Source of the DNA: the human T2T-CHM13v2.0 reference genome, Homo sapiens
Assembly: GCF_009914755.1 (NCBI RefSeq)
Contig: NC_060926.1
Strand: one strand, 5' to 3'
Length of the DNA stretch: 64,000 bases
The position numbers and the translations under genes are program-made. Of this stretch, positions 29,376-43,708 are shown piece after piece. Within the stretch, counting starts at the first letter, position 1; the number at the start of each line of letters is the position of its first letter. The notes below the pieces were generated by a model. It saw only the letters and a list, made by a program, of their open reading frames with translations, did not search any database and was not told where the DNA came from.

Positions 29376-31754
29376 ATTGATTCAGTATGAAATAATACAT
29401 TTTATACTCTCTGCCAAATGTTATAGATCATAAAATGCTTTCTAAAATCAAAGCATTTAAGCAATTTAAAAGTTATTTTTAGTTTAATGTTCATCTACTC
29501 ATATTTGTAAATCAGAATTTTTTGTTGATGACCTAAAGCATTTTTTACTACTAGTAAATAACATGACCACAATCTATCAATAATCAAGGCTAAAGTGAAT
29601 AGCTTTCTGTTAGAAAAGGAGGCTGTGTTTATTTTTTTTTTCCTAGTATACACTGGGAAGATAGAATAACAGCTATTTACTACTAATAACAATTCAAATA
29701 TGGTTTTCATATAGCTAAAATAATCTAAGTTAAAAAATAAAATATTTTATTCTGTTAACATCTAAACTATAGATGTATACTTATCTTTGAATATTTGATT
29801 ATTGCTAATTTGATTTTGAAAAGTATTTTCATCAAAATTGATTTTTTTTACCTCTATTATTACTAGCAACTTGAACTTTCATCAACTGAAAAGTAAGATA
29901 GTAACTGCTAACAACTGCGGTGCTTTAAATCTGTATGTTGCCAGACATTTGAATTATTTTCATATGGTTCAATAACTTTTTAAACAAACATAGAATTTAT
30001 AGTCTTTGTCAGTTCCATTACAGTCCTCTTCTATAACATGGTTTAAAGTGAGAACTCTTTTCAAAATGATAAATGATATGAGAGCATGACCAATTATTTG
30101 TCATCACACAAGATAAGCTGATTGTATTCAGTATCTTCACTTGGGCTCTACTAGACCATATATAACCTCTTTGGGTTGTCTTATAGAGCACCTAAAAGCA
30201 TTTTAGCCTGCTGGTTCAAGCAACCTATATGTCAAGCAGAAAAAATAAAGCCACCGTTCTCAGGTTTGTGTTTCCCCAAAGGAAGAAAACAGTTTGATGC
30301 AATTTGTCAAAAGCCTGAGTGGTACTTTAATGGGCAATTTACTTTAAATGGCTGCAGTTATTGCAGAACAAAGGTCCAAAGCTGGAGATAAAAAATCCTT
30401 TCCAAATGGTTTTACTCCAATAGATTTAATTCTCTAAGATTAACTAAGGATATCTAACTTCTTATACTCCCTATCTATCTAAAAGCAATAAAACTAATAG
30501 TAGAAATTTCTGAGTTTCTGGGATTTCTTCATCTTTAATATGTGAAACAAAATCAACTCCCTAAATCTGTCATTCTGTTAAGACATCTGAGATAAGAACC
30601 AAATCAACAAAAAGGACAGCAGCAGAATCCTAACTTCCCAAACTCAAGAGTGCTTCAGCTTTTGGGTAGAAGTTTCAAATAACCTAAACATTTTATTAAT
30701 ATATTTTATTAATATATACGTATATATGCACAAGTATGTGTGTTTGTGTGTATATATAGATATATTTGCACACATTTTTTGCTTCATAAATTTATTATTG
30801 AATAAACAGGAGATAATTTGAAAAGTTTTCACATTTTTGTATAAATGTAAGAGTATTTCTATTTTACCTTACATGCTGATTTGTAAACTACTGTAATTAA
30901 TAATTTTCATGACAGTGATTTTAAGAAATGCCTACTAAGAAAAAAATTCATATTTTGTTCCTTTCATTTTTCTGTCATTTAATTCCATGTTAATATTTAC
31001 AATATTTGAGATTTTTACTGGAAGCAGTACCATTATGATTCTGTATATTTTTATCTCCCTGCTCCAGCAATCTTGGTTCAAAAATTAATCCCAACCCGCA
31101 GAAGGCAGGAAGTGCTGAATGTGGATGTGTGTTTGCCTGAAGCTGACCAGAGTCCCACATATTCAGTTTCTATAGTATGGACTGATGCTAGAAAAGTGAC
31201 CAGCCATCCTAGAGACACTGAGGACCAAAAAAAAAAAAAAACAAACAAAAAAAAGAAGTGGTTCAGAACAAGAGACTGACATAGTAGACTAGAACAATTT
31301 GGGCTTCCTACCTGTCTTTCCATGTATTTCGTACATACTATAAAAACTAACCTTTTATGAAGGATCACATAAAGAAGAAAACTCCAGGAGAAACAAATCA
31401 GGACTGATTTTCTCAAAACTAGTCTCCGTTAATTCACAGTTGCCTTTAAGGACCTGCTAAGCAAATGAGTGTTAACTAGACTTGATAGATTAATTTTAGC
31501 TCATAGAAATACTGTATAAATTATTTATAATAAAATGTATGCATACTTTAATAGCCATATATAAAGTGATAACAGCTTGTAAAGTATTAAAAAGGTAAAA
31601 TTTTATATTTATTACCAACTTCTATGCCCTACATAACAACACATAAGAACTTACATTTTATAATTTAATTTCTGTGTATATCCCATAGAGAAATGAATGC
31701 TTGGAAAGCCTCAACTTCAAAATGTAAACTTCCTCTTCATCAAAGGGAATTCTA

Positions 31755-32100
31755 AGCCATTGAAGAAAGAATGAACCACTAATATACATAATATAGATGA
31801 ATCTCAAAATAACTTTGCTGAGTGAAAAATGCCGGAAAATAAAAGAACACATTGTGTATGATTTTAGTGATACAAAATTTCAGAAAAATGCTAACAAGAC
31901 TATTACGACAAATCAGATCTGTAGTTTAATGGAGACAGGGATAACAGATTGACCCTACAAAACTTTTGGAATAGTCATTATTTTGATTATTGTTATGGTT
32001 TTACTGCTGTGTACATAAGCCAAGCTTATGAAATTGTATGCTTTAAACATGCACAATGTTTTGCATATCAATTTTCCTTCAATAAAGCTGTTAAATTAAA
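31755..32100 (+). mobile_element. L1ME 3' end
   Basis: gatgaatctcaaaataactttgctgagtgaaa...caataaagctgttaaa. Confidence 0.65.
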
Positions 32101-32789
32101 AGCAAAGAAAAGCATTTCTGAATCCTTAACATAGCTCAAATGTTAAAGGGAATTCATCTTTATTTTTTAAATTACTACTACAATTGATTATATCAAAGAC
32201 TACACTACTGGCACTAATAGTGGTCTCATAAAACAGTCATATTTTACTTTGCACTTTTAAATTACACAATTTTCAAAGTATATACACACATATTTTTCAA
32301 AATCCCTATATACAAACCATTAAAGTTGTAAAAGAATTTTAAATTATTATATACAAACTTCACAAATATATCTGTATGCTTATAAATTTATCTTTACAGC
32401 ACCAGAATGCTTACTTTTTACAGGGTTCTAAATTCTATTTTACTTTCTTAAAGTCTGATATTCTACAATTTTTCTTTGAATGGCATACCCCTTAAGCATA
32501 ATGAAGGATGATATGAGTACCTCTTAACTTCTTGCAGAGTCTTGTCCAAATTTCTTATAGAACACTTCTTTTTCTCCTACATAAAAACAGGTAAAATAAT
32601 TACAAAATAATGCTAAGGATTGGTTTTAAGTTTTAAATAACTCAACTATATGTTTATTCTAAAAATGTATGTGCATGCTACAATGACAAATAAACTAGAT
32701 ACTTAGTTATTTCTCTATAAAATTTTTCTTTGTTGTTTCTCTATCCAATTAAAAGTATTCTTTGAGATGCAAAGCATTTTTTAAAGCCA

Positions 32790-33010
32790 CAGACTAGATA
32801 TGCTTTTGCGAAACATATATCCGATAAAGGGTTTGTAACCAATTTATAAAGAACATTTATAATTTAATAAGACAACCCAATAAAATGGTAAACATTTTTG
32901 AAGAAATATTTCACAAAATAAGATATATGAATAACCAATAAACACATGATAATATGTTCAACATCACCAGTCATCAGAAAAAAGCAGACTAAAACCACAA
33001 GGAGATATTT
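32790..33010 (+). mobile_element. Old L1M ORF2 fragment
   Basis: catatatccgataaagggtttgta...ttcaacatcaccagtcatcagaaaaaagcagactaaaaccacaa. Confidence 0.6.
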
Positions 33011-33299
33011 TGAAGTATATTATTCAAAACATAAACATTTAGAACTGTTATAAAGATATATAATGGCATCATCTTTAAATTTGACTTGTTTCAAAAAATG
33101 TGAATATATTCTTCGAATAATATTTATTAGATTTTCTTGAATACCTTCTCTGTATATATATTTAGAATACATATGTGGTATGTGTCCTTTTTAAAAAGAT
33201 TATACATATAATCTTTTATTCTTATAAAATCTAATAAAATATTCTATATAATCTTTTTAAAAATGTATATAATCTTATAAAACTTTTAAAAATAGCTTT

Positions 33300-33570
33300 T
33301 TCTTTTTTACTTTATATATAATCATTGTATATATGTACGGGTAAATAGTGATGTTTCAAGGCATGTAATATATAGTGAGCAAATCAGGGTAATCAGCATA
33401 TTTATCATCTCAAATATTTATTATTTCTTTGTGTTGGAAACATTCAATATCTCCCTTGTAGCTATTTGAAAACATATATTATTGTTCACTATAGTCATCC
33501 CACTGCTATAGAACACTAGAACTTATTACTCCTATCTATCCCTTATTTTGTATCTTTTAACAAATTTATT
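33300..33570 (-). mobile_element. L1MA4/5-like 3' end
   Basis: caaatcagggtaatcagcatatttatcatctcaaatatttattatttctttgtgttgg. Confidence 0.75.
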
Positions 33571-34562
33571 TTCATTAGAGAAGACAGTTGACACTGGAGT
33601 GATAATTTATCTGAAAGAGACCCTTCCACTGGCACAGTCCAAAATCCTGTGTCATTCCTTATCAGACACTTATTGTTGTTAAAATAATCAGTACTACTAA
33701 TACAACATTTATGTGGAGGCTCTTCCTGGTATATCTCTACTGATAAATTATTTCAAGTTGTAGTTCACCCTTAATATGCTCTCCAGCAGCTTCTTTAATT
33801 CTTGCTCGCTATTTACTAAAGAAATTTTATTAATCTTGATACTCTCTCAAATGCATAATTATCTTTTTATTAACTTTAATTTTTATATTAAAATAGAGTT
33901 CTTTTAAAACTTTAAAGTTTACTAAAAAATTGATATAATCAAAACAAGATTTTTAGCCAGGAGCATTTTAGACAAATTTGCCAACAGGCATTTTATTCTG
34001 CTATACTGTGTAGCAAGGTGACTAAGCAGGACAGCTGTGCAATCAGATTGCCTGTTAGTAAGGATGTGGAGCAATAGGAGCTTCAATTTATTGATAGTGG
34101 GAGTGCGAAATCCTATAGCCACAAAGCTGAACGTAAATTTACCATATAATCTGTTGCTTGTGTTCTTAGGTATTTACCCCAATGACACGAAAACTATGTC
34201 TACCCAAATACCTGCATATGAATCTTTATAACAGCTGTATTCATAATTACATTCACGTAGAGGCTTTCAATCTCTGGCTTTCTGATATTTTTTTAGCCAT
34301 GAAATTCATTGCCAAGGTTCTGGCACCCTGAGTACTGGGGACAGCAGTGAATAAGAGAAGGCATGTTTTCATAAAGCTTACAATAGATTGAAGAAAGTAC
34401 AATATGAAAAATATTGTAACAATGGAAACAAATAATATTAAAGGTGTACATTCAGCGTGCAGGGGAACATACAATGGGAGAGAACAGGAGGATGTATTAT
34501 GCAGCATCTATCATGTACCACCTTGCTGCTAAAGTACTGCCTCTGCCTCCATGGTTCAAAAC

Positions 34563-37122
34563 TGTCTTAGTGCCTTTTCTGTTGCTTATAGCAGAATATC
34601 TGAAACTGGTATTTTATGAAAAAAAATAATTCATTTCTTACAGTATAGAGGCTGAGAAGTCCAAGATCAAGAAGCTGCAACAGCTGAGGGCCTTGCTAGT
34701 AGGAAGACTCTGCAGAGTCCTGGGATGATGCAAGGCATCACATGGCAAGGGAGCTGAGTGTGCTAGCTCAGGTCTCTCTTCCTCTTCCTATAAGGCCACC
34801 AGTCCCACTCCATAACCCATGGATCCATTAACCCATTAATCCACCAATACATGAAACCACAAGTAGATTAATCCATTCATGAGGGCAGGGCCCTCATAAC
34901 CCAATCACCTGTTAAAGGCCTCACTTCTTAATACTGTCACATGGGAGACTAAATTTCAACATGACTTCTGGAAGGGACGAATATTCAAACTAGAGCATTT
35001 TACCCCTGGCCCCCCAAAACTCATGTCTTTCTCACATACAAATCATTAATTCTAACCCAATAAGCTTAAAGTATTAACTTGTTCAGAATGAATTCAAAAG
35101 TTCAAAGTCCAGAGTCTCATCTGTGAGACTGTGCAATCACAAAATATTATCTCCTTTCAAGATAAAATGGTGGTACAGGCATAAGACAGATATTCCCACT
35201 CCAAAAGAAAGGGGTAACAGGCCCCAAACAAATCTGAAACCCAGCAAGGCAGATATTAGTCATAAAGCTGAAGAATAATTATTTTGTACTCCATGTGCCA
35301 CCTATTAGACACACTGGAATAGGGGTTGGACCCCTGAGGCCTCAGGTAGCCCCACCCTTACTGCTTTGGTGGGTACAGACCAGGTGGCTGCTCGTGCAGG
35401 GTGGAATCCAGTGCCTGAAGATTTCCCATGTAGGCATTGCATGCTACCAGGGACTACACAGTTCTGGGGTCCCCAGGGCAGCCTTGTTCCCACGACTCCA
35501 CTAGGCATTGCCCTAGTGGGGACTCACTGTTGTGGCCATGCATCTATAAATCTACTAAGCAAAGCCCTGCTGGGAACTATCTGCAGCAGCTGCAACCCCA
35601 CATTTCCACTTGTCCTGCTCTAATAGGGGCTCCGTTGGCTCCTTCCCTGTGACAAGTCTCTGTTTGGGCCTCCAGGCTTTTGACATCATCCTTTGAAATC
35701 TGGGTGGATGCTGCCAAGCCTCCACAGCTACTATTTTCTCCAAGACTGTGGAATTAGCACCACGTGGATGCTGCTAAGATTTATGATCTGCACCTTCTGA
35801 AACTGCAACATGAGCCACACCTGGGGCTGCTTGTGCCATTGCTGGGACAGCTGAAAAGCACTGTGCTGGGGGTGCAGGGACCAGAGTCCCGAGGCAGCCC
35901 TGGGGAGTGAGCCTACAGAGAGTGCCCTGGGCCTGTCTCCTAAAATCATCTTCCTTCCTAGCCCTCTGGGCCAGTATGGGAGGAGCAGCTTCAAAGATCT
36001 CCAAGATTCATTTGATGTCTTACTTTCATTGTCTTGAGGAATAGCACCCAGCAACCTTCTATCCATGTTAGTCCCTTTAGCAAAGAGTTCCTGGGCTACA
36101 TCTTTGGTTTTTCCTCTCTTAATCATGTTTTTTTTTTTTTTCACTCTTTAAGATGCCAGGAGGAAATTTTTCTAAATCTTTCTATACTGCTCCACTTTTA
36201 ATTATAAACTCCGTCTTTAAATTTTTACTTTACTCCCAAATCTCAGTGAAAGTAACCAAAAGTAACTATGCAGCTCCTTTTATATTTTGTTTAGCTATTT
36301 CTTCTGCCAGATACCCTAGTTCTTCACTATCAAGTTCCACAAAGCCCTCAGGCATGGATACAGTTCAGACAAGTTATTTGCAAATTTATAACAAGGATGA
36401 GCTTTACTCCAATTTTCAAGACCCTGTTCCTCAATACCATCTGAAGCCTCATCAGAATGGCCTTTACTGTCCACATTTCTGCCAGCATTCCAGTCAAAAC
36501 CACTTGAGCAATCTCTAAGGAGTTTCAAACTTTCCCTAGTCCTCTTGTCTTCTAAGCCCTCACCAGAATCTAGGCTTTTTTTAGTGGCTCCTCCAAATTC
36601 TTCCACCTTCTGCCCATTCTCAATGCTGCTTCCACATTTTCAGGTATCACCTGAAACAACTTCATCAGCAATCCCCAACTTCTTGGTGCCAATTTACTAT
36701 ATTAGTCTATTTTATGTTGCTTATAACAGAATACCCCAAATTGGGTATTTTATTTTTTAAAGGAACTTATTTCTTATAGTTATGGAGGCTGAGACACCTG
36801 AGGTTGAGGGGCTGCATCTATTGAGGGCTTTGTTGCTGATAAGAACTCTCTGCAGAGTCCGAAGGTAGTACAGGGCATCACATGGAGAGAGGGCTGAGCA
36901 TGCTAGCTTAAGTCTCTCTTGCAGTTCTTATAGCCACCAGTCCTACTCTCATGATAACCCATTAATCCATTAACCCATTAATTTATGAATGGATTAATTC
37001 ACCCATGAGGGTAGAACCTTCATGACCCAATTGTATCTTAAAGACCCCAGCTCTCAACACTGCCATATTAAGGATTAAATTTCAAATGAATTTTGGAAGG
37101 GAGAAATTTTCAAACCATAGCA
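34563..37122 (-). mobile_element. Complete MSTC MaLR element: 5' LTR 37122-36698, internal 36697-34998, 3' LTR 34997-34563
   Basis: Two similar LTRs with MSTC-type gctgag(t/c)(g/a)tgctagct and ccattaatccattaacccattaat; internal start gtaaattggcacc on minus; purine tract before the 3' LTR; MaLR ORF remnant ESLKLLRD...ENWSKAHPCY at 36316-36606. Confidence 0.88.
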
Positions 37123-37134
37123 AACAGTATTGCC

Positions 37135-37245
37135 ATTACTGGTGTTTTTAAAAATGCAGGATCTCAGGCCCTATCTCAGACCTGTGATCCAAAATCTGTA
37201 CTTTTGCAAGAAAGTATATATGCTCACTAAAATTTGAGAACTGCC
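37135..37245. mobile_element. MER5-like fragment
   Basis: aaaatgcaggatctcaggccctatctcagacc...aatttgagaactgc. Confidence 0.55.
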
Positions 37246-39501
37246 TTAAAAGCAACTGAAATCCACAAGACAAGAAATAGCTAAAAGGAATCAAGTTTAT
37301 TAACTTCAAAATAGCGTATGGCAATTCCTGGTTTATCATTTCCAAACAAAGAAACTTCAATTATTTTCTTGGTATATCAGATTATTTTTATCTGTCAGTT
37401 TATTAGAGAATATCAATACAAATTGAGATGTTTAGACACTCAGTAATGTAAAACAATCTCACAAAACTATTGACAGTTTTTTTTCCCTTTATTATGTATT
37501 ATGTTCCAGGAAAGTTGTATTATATACAGTCGTAGTCTCATTTAATCTTCAATACAGATGATGAAAGTAAAGTTCTTCAATAGATAGGAAATTCATTTAA
37601 AACTCAGTTTTGCCTAAATTGAGATTTTAGACTGCCAAAATACTTTTAACATTCCTGATTTTGATACAGCGTAAGTATCAGAATATTGCAAGAAACAAAA
37701 CTGCTCTTAAAACTGAAGCTCCTTTAACAGAAAAATTGGGGTCAGGCCCTTTAGTATGTACCAGATAAATCCAGAATTAGTTTAATATGTTCTCTGGTCT
37801 GAAAGCAAAACATAATTGATATCTGATCAATGACAGTGTTGAGAGCACAAAGGTTTTCAGGCATTCCAGCAGGAAATCGATATATAATAAAGTTTTTAAC
37901 TTATCAGGCATAACAAATGGCAACAAACATAATGAAAACCATATGGTAGTGGTTAAAGAGCTTGAGCAGAACATAAAATTTATAATAAAGGAATCATATG
38001 GTACATTTAATGTCAGTGCTAACTCTATTTCTCCACAAATAATGGCTATAAATTAGTGCAGCATGGTTGAATGACTCATTTAATTCTATCAAGTGATTTT
38101 CTGCGTAGTAATAGGGCATTTTTCTTTACAGCTTAATTTTTGGAATTGGCATAGCTGCTGCACAGAACTCAAGTCAGTACCTACAAGATGAAAAACTATC
38201 TTTAACAATTGTACTGCAGCTATATTATAAGTATTCATAACATACACCAGCAACTGGGCCTTGTAAAGAGTATATCTGAGCTTTTTCAGTAACTTGCAAG
38301 TCTATTTGAAATCCACTGTTACATTGTTATACCAGATGTTACCACTATTTTAAACACAAAATTTATTTCATAAATTTTTAGAATGTAAAAGTATATAAAA
38401 TGTACTTTTACACTGTAAAAAATACATTTATATTGTAAAAATATATAGAGAAAATGTGGGGGGAAAATAATCTCTAAAGGGAAAAATAGAGTCATTCCTA
38501 AAATACTCAATGAGACATGGACACTGCTAGTATTTTGGTATTTCCCATTTTTTCTATGTATTAAGTATCCTTGTTTTCAAAAGTTATGCCTTCACTTAGA
38601 AAAAAAGCAAAACCATAAAGAAAAGTTCACTGTAAATGAATATAATCATATTTCAGTTTCTATTTTCCATTTCCTCTAGGGCACTTCTATAAAAAGAATA
38701 GCTTATAAGTTTCCTGATAAACCTTCTTTTTCCTAACCTTGCTGAAGATGTATTAGTTATAATTTGTACTTCTCCTCATGGCTGTATTTATAATATTAAA
38801 TAATCTACTTAAACCTCTGCCTCTTACTCCATCACCATGAAGCTCAACTATTGGTTCTCTGTAGGTCAAATGAGAAAATGAGAGTACCTACTCTTTCTAA
38901 CTCTTTCATCTTTCAGATTTCTGTTGGTTATACTATTAATTTTAATTTAGTAATTATGTTTTCTGTGTATTGTCAATAGAAAATCCTCATCATTTTGAAG
39001 CTGATAAAATACTTATTACAATATTGCAATTATTATGCACTACAGAAGCAAATAGTGTGATCAGACCCATAGGAAGGGAAACTTAGTTGTGTTTAATTTA
39101 ACTCTAAAGTGTTTCTGCTTAAAGAAAAGTGCCTCAGGCATCAAGGTTCAGTGGATTTCCTGAATTGTTTTTTGATTCTATTTATTTATTTCAGATCATA
39201 CTTAGCTGCTTTTCATTGTTATATCTGATGTTTAGCTACTTTTGGCTATAAACAGAATTACAGAACAAAATTCAATTTCCCTTAGCACTGAATTTTCAAT
39301 CTGGCATTATTGACAAGTAATCTGAAGTCATTCTGAGTTTCATTCATTTGGCTGCATTTTTTTATGCATAACCTTAAATCATTTACTTTTAGATCCAGAA
39401 TTCTGAAATCTTACCCAATGTGTCCAGATATGAGGTCTTTTATAATCACCTTTTCGCTGTTATTAGGTTCTTTCAACATAAAGAATTTGAGTAATTTTTA
39501 A

Positions 39502-39833
<332 letters not shown>

Positions 39834-40795
39834 AACTATTATTATTTTTAAACACCAAGGGATTTAGAGAGAAAGTCTTCATTGTTTACATTTGTCTTCC
39901 TAGCAATATGACCATAGCACCCTACATATACTTCTGTTATTGTATTTATCACATCGTATCAAAATTATACTTTAGGTCTCTCCAACTTGACTACAAACTC
40001 TGCTCAAACAGGAATGGATGGCTGCCTTACTCATTCCTGAATTCTAAAATGGGCTGAAATATAACAAGTAATCAATAATCATTTGTTCAACTGAAGTCAA
40101 TTTAATATATGGCACGATGGCTTATGTTTGAAAAGGAAGAAATTCTACCATCACCTTAAAGGTGATGCCTAAATTTTATGTTAATAGGTATATTTCTTCT
40201 TAAGTAATACAAGATATATTCTTCTAACAGACGTCTACTGACTTTCCAAATGATAACTGATAACCATGGCAACCTGAACACTCCTGGTTGATAGGGCAAT
40301 TCTCTAGGGCTTCAAGGCATGTTGGTTGCCTTCAGATGGAAATGCCTTCTCAAAATTGCTAATGTAGGTATGAGATACTCCCTTAATAAGATTACTCTCT
40401 TATCTGTTCATTATTTACTTTGATTAAGGCCACTAATTGAGTTTTTTGATCAACTCAGGCTTTATTGAAGAAGTGATGATGGAATGTCAAAGCTCTCTGT
40501 ATTCTACTCCCTGACTTTGCCTGAAAATGAATTTGGAAAGGCAGACAGTAATTTTTGCATCCCATGCATCCATATTGTAAACAGAATCTATTGGAGGATT
40601 TTTAATTAAAGAGTGAAATGATCATATATATGTTTTGTAACCCTCTTTCAAGATGCTAATGGGATGATGATTGTTAAAGAATGAAGTTACAGTCTAGGAA
40701 ACATAAGGCTATTTTTAAAAGCCCATCAAAAAATGATGATGGGGTGAAGGTGGAAATGACATGTCAGAGATTAAGGAAAGTGAAGAATCTGTGAT

Positions 40796-41212
40796 TGTAT
40801 TATTCTGTTCTTGCCTTGCTATAAAGAAATACCTGAGGCTGAGTCATTTATAAAGAAAAGAGGTTTTATTGGCTCTCCTTTATTCTGAGGACTGTACAAG
40901 AAGCATAGTGGCTTCTGCTTTTGGGAAGGCCTCAGGAAGCTTCCAACCATGACAGAGAGCAAAGGCGAAGCAGGGATCTTACATGGAAGGAGCAAGAAAG
41001 CAAGATGGGAAGCTGCTACACACTTGTAAAAAATCAGATCTTCACAAGAACTTACTCAGTAACCCAAGAAGAGCACAAAGGGAATGGTGTTAAACCATTC
41101 ATGAGAAATCCATCCCCATCATCCAATCACCTCTCACCGTGCCCCACTTCCAACATCGAGGATTACAGTTCGACATGAGATTTAGGCAGGGACACATATC
41201 CAAACTATATCA
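40796..41212 (-). mobile_element. MSTA/B solo LTR
   Basis: tgtattattctgttcttgcc...caaactatatca; perfect 5-bp TSD GTGAT at 40791-40795 and 41213-41217. Confidence 0.9.
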
Positions 41213-41383
41213 GTGATATCTCTCAGATTTCTACCAATATATTTTCCAGTAGTTTACTTTCAGTCAAAGTATCTGGTAGTAGTGCTATTCACAGAGAAGG
41301 AAAGGCAGTTTCTAAAGAAGTACAAGTTTTTATACCTGTATTATGTGATCTCTTACAACAAGAATGAAATGAGATCAGAAGTA

Positions 41384-41877
41384 CAGTAGTCCTTCTTATC
41401 TGAGGGACACATATTCCAAAACCCTCTTGGGTGCCTGAAACCAGTGATAGTACTAAACCCATAATACTGTTTTTCCTTAAACATACATTCCTATGATAAA
41501 GTTTAATTTATAAATTAAATGTGATTAAAAACAATAAATAATAATAAAATAGAACAATTATAACAACATGCCAGCTTCACTACTCTTGTGCTTTGGGGCT
41601 ATTACTAAGTCAAATAAGGGTGACTTGAACACGAGCACTGAAATACATCAACAGTCAATCTGATAATCAGATGGCTGCTAAGTGACTAATGGGGGATATC
41701 ATATACAATGTGAATATGCTAGATAAAGGGATGATATACACTACTCAGAATAGTGTGCAATTTAAAATGTATGAATTGTTTATTTCTAAAATTTTCTATT
41801 TAATATTTTTGGACCACAGATGACCACAGATAAATGAAACCACAGAAAGAAAAACCATAGACAAGGGAGGACTACTG
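41384..41877 (+). mobile_element. MER44B (Tigger7-derived)
   Basis: TIRs cagtagtcct...aggactactg flanked by TA on both sides. Confidence 0.85.
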
Positions 41878-42347
41878 TATTTTAAAAATCCTCCTGTCCT
41901 GGGGAAATATGTGACGTATGCATTATATTCTTAAGTCTTTTAGGAAAAAAGATGTATCGCTCTTGAGAGGTCACAAGGGATCAACTCCAAAGGGAACTAA
42001 TTCTCCCCATTTAAATTTTACCCAAAAGGAAGGAATGTTGGATGAAGAAGAAATGATGAGAAGCTGCACTCAGAAAATGTGATCAAGTGATCTAAAAGCA
42101 TTCATAATAATCAAAGCAGAGAAGGCTGATAAGAGCAAGACATCAAAAACAAGCAAATAAAAACAAAGCAAGGACTTTTTTTTTTTTTAAATCTAGAGCT
42201 TCTTTTACTATCTCCCCCAAGCTAATTCCTACTTATGATTTAGATTCCTAAACTCCTAAAATTGATATTGTCCACTGCCAAATGCTCTCACAGTAGCTTG
42301 CACCTACAGTTATTGTTCTGCGTATCAGCTCCATTTATCCTATGTAC

Positions 42348-42707
42348 AGCCTTAGTCCATTCAGGCTGCTGTAGCAGAATGTCATAGACTGGGTGACTTA
42401 GGAATGACAGGAGTTTATTTCTTACAGTTCTGGGGCAGGGAAGATCTAAGTGTCAGCAGATTTGGTGTCTGGGGAGGACCCACTTTCTGGTTCATAGACA
42501 GCTATCTTCTCAATGTGCCCTCACATGGTGGAAGAGGTAAGGGAGCTCTCCACCGTCTCTTTGATTAGGGCACTAACCCAATAATAAGAGCTCTGCCCTC
42601 ATGACCTAATCGCTTCCCAAAGGGCCCTGCCTCCAAATGCCATCACATGGAGAGTTAGGATTTCAACATTTCAGTTTTGGTGGGACACAAACATTCAGTC
42701 TGTGGCA
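42348..42707 (-). mobile_element. MLT1A0-type solo LTR
   Basis: cttagtccattcaggctgct...gggacacaaacattcagtctgtggca. Confidence 0.82.
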
Positions 42708-43345
42708 TGAACATCCTCCACAGATACTGTGAGTATCTTCTTATTCATAGCTGTGCCATCAGTATATATGAAAGACACCTAAAAGGCATTTAATAAATAA
42801 ATATTATTTAATTAATAAATAATGATTCCATGACTTATGACTCTGAAAGAGAAAATAACTAATATTAAATACTAAAAAAATTATACTACTAAAGGGCCAA
42901 GTGATTCTGATAAGATAGTTATCTGATTAGCAGGTTAATAACTCATAAAGAAAAAGAAAAAATATATAAAACCAATCTTTATTAGTACAAACAAATCTAA
43001 TATTTATTACATATTTAGTTTGCTAAGATTGATGAGCATAATAAAAAATACTCTGTTAGGTACAGCATGACAAAAATATTTCAAGAAGTAGTCACAAAGT
43101 GCCACTATGTGCAAGGCATTGTGCTAGGTTCTGTAGAGACATCAATATAAGTGCAGTGTGTTCTCTAATCTTCAGATTATAATCAAATTGAAAGGAGTGT
43201 TACTTTTAGGGAAGAAATACACAGTGTAAAAAATGTATTTGTGAAATCACTCTATAGATAATATATACCACAGAAATACAAAGGAGAAATGTTACTAACA
43301 GCTGAAGAACTGAGAAGACTTCTGAGAGGTGAACTAAATTATGGA

Positions 43346-43708
43346 TGTATTAGCCCATTCTCATGCTGCTAATAAAGACATGTCTGAGACTGGGTAATTT
43401 ATAAAGGAAAGACGTTTAGTTGACTCATAGCTCAGCATGGCTGGAGAGACCTCACAATCATGGCAGAATATGAAGGAGGAACAAAGGCATGTCTTACATG
43501 TAGCAAGCAGGACAGCGTGCGCAGGGAAGCTGCCCTTTATAAAACCATCAGATCTCATGAGACTTATTCACTATCATGAGAACAGCATGGGGAAACCTGC
43601 CCCCATGATTCAATTACCTCCCACCTTGTCCCTCCCACTAACATGTGGGGATTATGGGAGCTACAGTTCAAGATGAGATTTGGGTGGGGACACAGCCAAA
43701 CCATATAA
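43346..43708 (-). mobile_element. THE1C (THE1B/C) solo LTR
   Basis: tgtattagcccattctcatgctgctaataaagac...gggacacagccaaaccatat. Confidence 0.9.

Noticed and set aside
30176-30391. 71-aa Cys-containing ORF in unique sequence
   Set aside because: Non-ATG start, no recognisable family and no convincing splice context; within chance expectation
30712-30727. 16-bp palindrome atatatacgtatatat
   Set aside because: Arises trivially from a (TA)n low-complexity context
35295-36760. Cluster of ORFs in relatively GC-rich sequence suggesting a gene
   Set aside because: All lie inside the MST internal region; only 36316-36606 reflects the decayed MaLR ORF
40149-40167. Isolated 9-bp-arm inverted repeat catcacctt-a-aaggtgatg
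   Set aside because: A single short palindrome is near chance expectation for 64 kb
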